From: Chlamydiales bacterium
Lineage (GTDB): Bacteria; Chlamydiota; Chlamydiia; Chlamydiales; JBDQID01
Assembly: GCA_047611865.1 (NCBI GenBank)
Contig: JBLFWS010000042.1
Coordinates: forward strand, 1-21,869
DNA: 21,869 nt
Direction of reading: 5' to 3'
Of the stretch, positions 1-9,000 are shown in pieces (position 1 is the first letter of the stretch; each line of letters opens with the position of its first letter). The position numbers were made by a program, and so were the translations under genes. The notes under the pieces were generated by a model. The model worked only from the letters and a program-made list of their open reading frames with translations. It had not been told where the DNA came from and did not search any database.

Positions 1-3000
1 TTCTTCTTGTGTCGGATTTGACTCTATAGCTCTTTTGAGAGAATCAGAGATATCTTCATTAGGTTTTCCAACGGTCGCAGTAGCATATAGTTCAGAACGA
101 TCTCTATCAATCTGAGCTTCTGAAATACTATATCTGAGTTTGCTTTCTTCCTTAGCCAGAGCCTGCAAAAAGACGTTATTTTCACTATTGAGCTGATTAA
201 TTCCTGATTCCAAAGCTTTAGCCGCTTTCTCCAGCTTCTTAATTTCCTCAACTGGAGCTGAGCCCTCAGTCATCATGCCGTTACTCGTTTCAATAATTTT
301 CTCAAATAATTGAATTCTCTTATTGATCTCATCAAGCTTTGCCGTTTCCGCTTCAACTGAAGCTTTTAATTCATCAGAGATTCTTTTCTTTTTATTTTCC
401 ACATCTTCTAATTCACTCCTCCAATCGACAATCTCTTCTTCTTTCTCCTGCCTAAAAGTATCTGCTACATGCATTTCTTCAGGCGTAAGTTCAGGCCTGT
501 GCTTTTCAGATGCAGGAGCTTCTACTTTTACTGGAACTCCAAGACCTATCTGACCGTGCCTAAATTGTTGCATTTGCTTCGCAAGTAACTGTTTGTCTTG
601 TTCCAGTTTTTCTTGATCAACAGAAAAAGTCATCAAGCCAGCACTGGACTTCTTGATTTTCATCTCTTGCTGTCTTTCATCCCAATTGCTAGAGGCCCCA
701 TAACTCTGTTCTGTTCCTGCTATGGTAGATCGCACAGCTGCCTTTCCTCTCTCGCTTTTTACTGTAAGTTTGCCAGTCGTTTTAAAGGCATCACGACGTG
801 GCTTAGCTCTTTTTGGAGGGGCTGTTGTATCCCCGCCCACTTTAGCAGAACTTTCATCTTGAGACATTGCACTTCTCTGACCGGAATTACTCTCTTTGGA
901 AGACTCTCCACATAACTGTTTTTTCAGATCTTTAACGTTCCCACTTACGGAAAATGATCCACCTGAATGAGTATCCTGAAGATCTTTTGTCGTTACTTTG
1001 GCGTTCTCACCAAAGCTAAGATTCCTCGTTGCGCCACCTGTCAGTTCCACTTCTTTACATGTCAACTCAGACTTTTTCTTAGCTTGAATACCCGACATCT
1101 CTGATGTGGTTTTTGAATCACTCCAACTAGCGTTAGCAGAGCATTGACCAGAAGAGTTTACTGATGCCCCAGCCTGCCTGGAACTACTCGTATCTTGCCT
1201 TGATTCAACTATCAACTTACCCACAGTTCCGGACACAGTGTCTGCGTTAACATTTGCCCCTCTTAGAGCCAATTGATCCGCCTCAAACTTACAATTCCCC
1301 CCAACATTAACATGAGAGTTTGTATGGCTTGTACTCTTCTGGCTTGATTTAGATGCATCAACCCCTACACTCGTAGGGCCTGATACACTCACCCCATGCT
1401 CTGTACTTTTCTCGCTAGACTTACTCTCGGCAGAGGAAAACTCAATATCTTCCCCTTTAAAAAACGCGTCATTTCCCACATCAATCTGTACGCCTTCAAA
1501 ACGTTGTTTTGCGGCTTTACAGACCATATTCCGCCCAACTGAAAACTGAGTAAGATAAAGTTCCTGCCAATTTGATTCGCTTTTCGATTCTCCCACACGT
1601 ACGGAAACATTAGGATCGCTAACCCCTAGATCTTCATCCAAAGCAGACATTACACCCCCAATTCCCTCTTCGGCAGCTTCATTATATGTTGCTACTTCAT
1701 TCCAGGTAGTCATTGCTGATGTCAGAGCACCCAAGGCCACATCCGCCCCATCGCGAGCACTCGCCAGCTCAAAAGCAGCCTGAATAGCCGGGTCTTCCTT
1801 AAGTAAGGCTCTAGCGGCTTCCTCTACGGACCCTTTGTTCGCCATCAGGTTAATCGCTTCGGAACCAAAGAAACTTACTCCAACACTCGTGGAGTCTACT
1901 TTAATGTGTTTGTCGACTTTATGAGCCCGCATATCCACTTCCTGCGCCTCAATCGCCAGATCACGAAAGGCTGTCAGTTGAAGACCGTCTCCAGATATCT
2001 TGCCTCCTGCCGTCAGGATAATATCGTTAGCAAACACACTCGCCACACTTGTTTGCGTTTCATTCCACCTCTCAGAAGTAGAGCTACCCACCAGACCTTT
2101 CACCGAATTCGTCGTTTTCCTGTTATTTACACTTGTGGTGTGGGCTTTAAAGTAAATACTCCCTTTAGCATTGATACGCACATCACCATTGTGGCTACCA
2201 ATACTACCTTCAATAACGGCATCACCCTTGGTTACATTGACTTCTACATTCCCATCAAAACATGTAATAGAACCGTTCTCGTGCTTCGTTACATATGAAT
2301 TTTCCTTACGCTTTTGACCTTTGGTACTCTTATCAAGATAAGAGCTGCTAACAGTCTTTTGCTCAAACTCACCAGCAGAGATACCCACCTTTTTCCAACC
2401 GACCATGCTCGACCCATCATTGAGGAGGTAATCTTTAGCATCTATCAATAAGCTGTTTCCGGCAGCCAGGCTCGCGGAGTTAATCTCTGTCCTCTGGCTA
2501 TAAGTCATCAGCCTTTGTGATGCCGTCTTATTACCACCTTGCATTTGATGCATTCCTCTGGTCTGCAAAGCTTTGTTTACTACCCTGTCAGCTTGGATAC
2601 CTAAATCATTTACAGCGCTAACACTTCCTCCATTGTTAGTAAACTCCTTAGCAATAAAAGTCGCATTATAGGCCCGGATTTCTCCACCCGCATTAACATG
2701 ATCCACTTCGATTTCACGTGCGGTGTCACTTTCATTCCAGGCCCGGCGTCTGATACCCATGGCTCTTTCCTGATTTACCCGCTTTTCATTGATTATCTTT
2801 TCCATTTCGACCCGAACAGTTCCACCAGCATCTACAAAACCTGTATTGTGGAACGTGCCAGTAGGGCCTCTAATTGCAAGATTGTCCTCCACATAGACAG
2901 CCCCTGAACGACGAGACATTTTATCAAGCCTGTCTTTTGGGAGATAGACAGTGGGTACCAATACCTCTTTCCCATCGACATTCTTTGTCACATACCAGAG

Positions 3001-6000
3001 CATTGGCTCTGTTACATTCAGCAGTTGCTCTTCGCTTAAAGCTACACCAACAGTTACCCCTGGATTTTTCTCGGCAAACTCCAGAGTATTTTTACATAGT
3101 GCTACTCTTTGAGTGTTGGTATCTTCTAAACCGGAAACAAAAGATATTCTACCAGTTTGAGCAACGGCCTGATTTTGAATTTCAGCTGCTTCAGCTTGTG
3201 CGTCCATAAGAAATTTTGCATTCTCTGGTGTTACTCCTAGCTTCTCTAAAAATTCTGCTGGCTGCCCTCCTATTTCGGAGGATTCAGCAGTTCCAACCCC
3301 TGTATACATGTAGGGACTGTCCGATGCATCTTCCTTATTCAAGAAAGGTTTGGAGTCCAGATTCTCACCTAAATCCTGTACCTGATCAATTTGATGGAAT
3401 TCCGGAGATCTGCCTTGTCCATCAACACCGTTGATAAATTGCTCTACATTATCTCCATATATTGAACGTGCAGCAAAAGAGCCCGTATTTTTAAAGTTCG
3501 TCGGCAACTTCGTTACAACACCACCAATTGAGGTTATTCCAGCACTGTCTAAGATAGATTTCTGTTTTTCTTCAAAAACATCGTAATGTTTTTGACTACA
3601 TCCATGCCACTTCTTAACGGTACCTACTTTTTCAGAATAGCTATGCTCATGGGTCACATGCAAATTATCGGCTTGCAGGCCGTCGTATTCTATATTGCCG
3701 CCAACAACAAACTGTCCGCCTTTATTTACAGCACTTTTTGTCGCTTTGAAATAGACATCCCCTTTAAAGTCGAATTGAGCAAGGCGATGTGCTCTTTCTG
3801 CTGCAGTATCTCTCATTTGCTCATCAGTGGCTATACATTCGCTTTCCATTTCAAATCTTTCCACTTGAATACAGCCATTCCCGTCTACTCGAACTATACT
3901 AGCCTTACTTGACAAAACTTTAGCTTCAACATTCAAGCCCTTGACAAAGTAAGCATCGGCATGATCATAGCGAACTGTATTTTCTGCTTTCAGCTGTCCA
4001 AAACCTGCAACGTGGGTCCGTTGATTGATATTAACGTTTTTGCCCTCAAGATAGCTATCGCCACCAATGGTCGTCTGAGCGTTAATATCCACATCGCCCT
4101 TTCCACCAAGAGCATTAAAAGAGCCTTGTGTCTGCAGTCTCCTGTCAACTTCAACTCCATTTTCACTGATATAACTAAGACTAGAGGTTCCCTGGACATT
4201 TCCCATTTGGCTGTGCTTAATCTGCTCTTCTTGTATGAGAGTAAGGTCAGCAGCTGAGATCTTGGCCGCACTGCCTTGACTTATTTTTTTTCCTTTTACT
4301 GTAGCTTCTTTTTCTGCAACGATTTCGCCTTCATTGACCACAACTCCATCTGTTAAAATATGGAGATTTTCACCGTGCATTTTGTTTTGGTTAACCACCT
4401 TGTCACTCGCCTGAATAACTCCTGTGCCGACACTCCATTCGGCATGATTAACAACTTTTTTGGCATCTACGAACATTTCAGAAGAACTTACGCTACCTTT
4501 CAAATCGAGTCGCTTTTGAGTAGTGGTAAGCATCCCTTTTCCATCACCTGTGAATTGACTATTGTCATTCGTTGTCATATGATTTGTTGTGATAAAGGAC
4601 TGCTCTCTGGCAAACTTTTCGGCCGCCGCTGTTCTAGCCGCTTCCACTGCCAGTGCTGCTTGCTTACCTATTTCTTCATCTTTTGCTGCCTGTTCTTCAG
4701 AGGTCAGATTTTTAGCAGGCTCTTCTTTATTAACCTGATCTCCTGAATGAGTAGTCTCTGAAACCTCTTCTTCATGAGCGATAGTTTCTGGAAGGGCTGT
4801 TTCAGGAGCTTCTATTTTGGTAAATTCTAAAACACCATCTGAATTGTCAATACGATTGCATTTCAGATTCATTCGTCCGCTAATAGTACCTTGTTGATTA
4901 CCAATCTTCTCTTCCGCGGTCACTTCGACATACTCTCCTTTCAAGTAACCGCTTCTATTAGCTAGATTCTGAGAGTCAACAAATACGTTTCCACCAGCAA
5001 CTGTTTTTGCATCATCATGAAGAAAGTCTTCTTTGGCTTTAACTTTGAATTGTCGCCCTACACTATTGCGTGATCCACTGGCGACTACAGTACCGTCTTT
5101 GGAGGTATAGCTTAAATCTTCAGTAAGAGTGTTTTTTCCTCCTCTATTGGAAACCCCTTTGTCTCCAGTAAAGTCTGCACTTTTCGCTGTAACAGTTACA
5201 CCATCCACTCCCAGTTTGGCCTCTGTTTTGAGGATTACGCTCCCACCAGATTTCAAAGTAGCATTTTCAGCATCCAAAGCTTCATTTGCTAAAACTACTA
5301 CTTGCTCTGAGGATTCAATTTCAGCCCCTTGCAGATTTGCTATCAGACGGTTGTTTGCATCCCTTTCATTTTCAATCACATTTGTTTCTTCAGCCGATGC
5401 TTCACTCTTACTTGTATCTTGTTCAGATTTCGGAGCCTTTTCCTTTTCCAAATCAACACCACGTAATAAAAAATGGCCTTTACTACGAAGTTCTGCTCCT
5501 TGAAGGTTCGCTATTTCCTCTACACTTAAGGTCGTGTCCCCACCGACCTGAGCCTTCATTCCTTGCCCGTCGAGAGTTTTCATATTTCCTCGTAGGCTTC
5601 CCCCAACTTTAAAGGTACTACCTTTTAAATCCGCATCTTCAGCCTCTAGTAAGTAGTTCTCATCTACTCTAGCAAGAGAAGATCTCACTCTCATTTTTTT
5701 GGCCTGACTAGTCATTGATCCCTTGACAGTCTGCCTCTGTCTTTCTTTATTGAGAGAAAAGCCAGCCTTTTCGATAACTCTACCAGCAAAATCAATACCG
5801 TCTTGTTTGGATAAACTAAGGGCTTCCTGAGATAGCGCCCCGCCTAAAGCTACGTTAGTGCTTCCTGTTTCAGAAATAGACAACATTCCTTTTTGAGATT
5901 TGCTATGCCCCAGAAAAACATCCGAACTATTTACTATGGACATTGAAGCGTTCTGATTTTGTGAACGAGCGATAGATAAAGTACCCAGATTCCCAATAAT

Positions 6001-9000
6001 TGCGCCCGTTTGACTATGAGTCCCACCAGAGAGGACAACACCGCCAATGTTCATATTGATCAATGCTGATTGAGAAACACTGTTTTTACCAAAAATAATA
6101 CCTCCTCGAACCGTCGACATAAAACTGGCATCCATTGACACATTAGAGGCTACGTGAGAGGAATTGTTACTACGGATTACTTCTGCTTTTATTTGTTCAT
6201 CGTTTGTGGCTGAAATTTCACTACTTTCAAAAGTTGCGACTCCAGCACACACACTTACATTTTCAGCAGTCAACTTACTATCTTCAGCAGTAAAAGACTT
6301 TGTAGATTCTAGATTTGCATTAGCTTCTGTAGAACTAAGCTTTGTACGCAGAAGGCTTACGTCTTCTCCTGACACATCTAGTAATTTTCGTGCCTCAGCA
6401 TCAAGCTCCTTCAATTTCACATTTTTTCCACCAATGGAAATATTATCACCCGCAAGCTCTCCATTTCGAATATCCGTTTGATTATACGAATGCAAAGTAA
6501 GCCCTTCCTGAACCTTAAGACTGCTATTAAACAGAAAAAGATCTGAGGCTGATGCATCAAGGCTTTCAGTGATTTCTCCATTTACTCCATTCAAAGTGGC
6601 TCGTTCCTTAGCACTGACACGCAAAGAAGTAACTTTTTCACATTGCGCGTTCGATACTTTTACAGAAGACCTCTCGCTGACGAGAGAAACGGCCCCGGCA
6701 GAATAAGTGTTGTCCTCCTGAGCATTCCCTTTCTTCGCAACGGTACTGCTATTTCCAATAAACTCATTTCTCTTCGCAATAACATGCTGTCCAGATATTT
6801 CATGGGCTTGGTTTTCCAGGCGACTTCCTTGCAGAACAACTCTCCCCTTTGAAGATTCGATCCTTGCCTGATCATCATTTGAGCTAAGAGACTGTACGAT
6901 CGTCCTATCGCCACCCTGAATAGATAGGAATTTGGAGCTCGATTCAAGGGAATCCACTTCCACAGAAGAACCTGAAATAGTATTAGCCCCTTCCGACACA
7001 TCCAACTTGGCGGCCGTAATCTTTACCTCTGGAGCATTTATGGAGATCTGGTCTTTTGCTTGAGCCTGTACTCTTGAAAGAGCTAGTTTTTCCTTAGCCA
7101 TCAATTGAATTCTGTCAGATTGCAAAACACTGTCTTCAAGTTCTAGATCCTGAGAACAAAGAACCGCCTTCCCTGCTTTAATCTTTGTACTTTCAAGCCT
7201 CATCGATTCCTGAGATTTCAATGACACACTAGCCTCATCGGCGTGAATAGACGAATCTCTAGCTGATATTCTCTTAGCTTGGGCCAACAACCCTCCCGGT
7301 CCACTGAGATCAAGATGCCTAAAGGTCATCTCCTCAGCTGCCTGCAGCTGAACCTCAGCCTGAGCACTAACATAAGTATCTTCTACATGAAGTCTCTTAG
7401 CTTCAGATTGAAACCCTTGTGCAGTTTTTATATTTGCCCTGATTAATTCGAGTTCTTGCTTTGCACTCAATTGAATATCAGCACTGCTGTCTATCTTCAC
7501 TTGACGAAGGACATTTTTCCCTTCAACAGCTTGACTCAGAACATGAGTAGCTTTTTCTATGGAAATGGATTCCTGAATAAGGTCTCCATTTTTACTGATA
7601 TTCACCACAGAACCAGAAGAGAAGCTATTTCTGTATTGCTCCTGTGTATCACGGGACTGATGAACAGTATCATTCTCGAAAATGTTACGCTGACTCCGAA
7701 GTTGAGCTCCCGAACTGAGCACATTCATCCCAGCTGTAAATACACTGTCCTCAAGCAACATCCCCTTTTCACTTATTACTTGTACCTGGTCGCCCTCTAA
7801 TTTAAGTCCCGCAGCTTCCAGATCACTATCTGCTGACACCAACGTTCTCCTGGACTTTGACTTTAGATCCCTAAGGGATACTTTAGAGGCTTCTACCGTT
7901 AAGCTTTCCCCATCCACTTCCAGATCGTCAACAGTAAGATTACCTAAGGCTCTATAGATTGTTTCTTCACTTTCTTTATGTTTCACTCGAGAAAGATGTA
8001 TGTCTCCCTGCGCTTGAGTGACCACCTCTCCCCTTTCAAATTCAAGATCTGATAGGTCCATATTTTTTCCCGCCAGACCTATATCCCCTGAAAACTTTGT
8101 AGTGGACAGTTCTAGATCACCTGATGTGGATAATGTGGTCACAGAATTCTGTAAGCTACTCCTGGACATTTCAAGCTTAGTTCCCTTGAACATTGCTGTA
8201 TCGGATGTCATGTTCAGGTCAATAATCTTCATCGTTTCAGAAATAACTTCAGCCTTTCTCGCATGAACCTCTCCACCCAAACTCCAGAGTTCATTTTTCG
8301 CAGTGCTACGTAAAATATCAGCCTTTGTTTTTGTATTCCTCTGAAGAAGAACTTGATCTGAATGATCAATAACGTAACCTTCTGTATTCCGCTCCCCCTT
8401 TGAGCGATAAAGACTCGTAGCACTTTTTGCTATTATAGCTTCATTTGCCTGTTCATCTGTTTCGCTGATATAAAGGCTATCTGCCTGCTTTTGAATTATC
8501 CGACTCTTGATCGTATCGTTTACTTCCTGCAGACTTCCTTCAGCGATCTTTACTACACTGCCTTTTCCAGCTGTGTATTCTACAGAATCGTCTATATGGG
8601 CTTCTACGCTACAGAGGGTTATATCGCGCTCTTCTGAACATAGTGTAGAGTGACTTAAAGTCAGGTCTTCACCAGAGAGAAACAAATCACCTTTTGCTTT
8701 AACGGTACTATTTTCCAGTCCAAAAAATTTAGCTTTTAGAATGAGTTCTCTGTCAGCATTTATCAGGGCTCCATTAAGAACTGTTAATCGACCATTCTCT
8801 GCCTCTAATTGAATAGCTCCTGCCGAGGACTCCAACTTTGCCGCCGTAACATCAAGAGCTCCTTGCTTACTACTGACACTAAGCGCTTTTTTGCTTTCAA
8901 CTATTGAGTTTGTTAATAAAACATCTGAATCCGCAATAACTTCCAAAGATAACCCCGTCACTTTGGCCTTATGAAGATCTAGTCCTCCGTGCTTGTTTAC

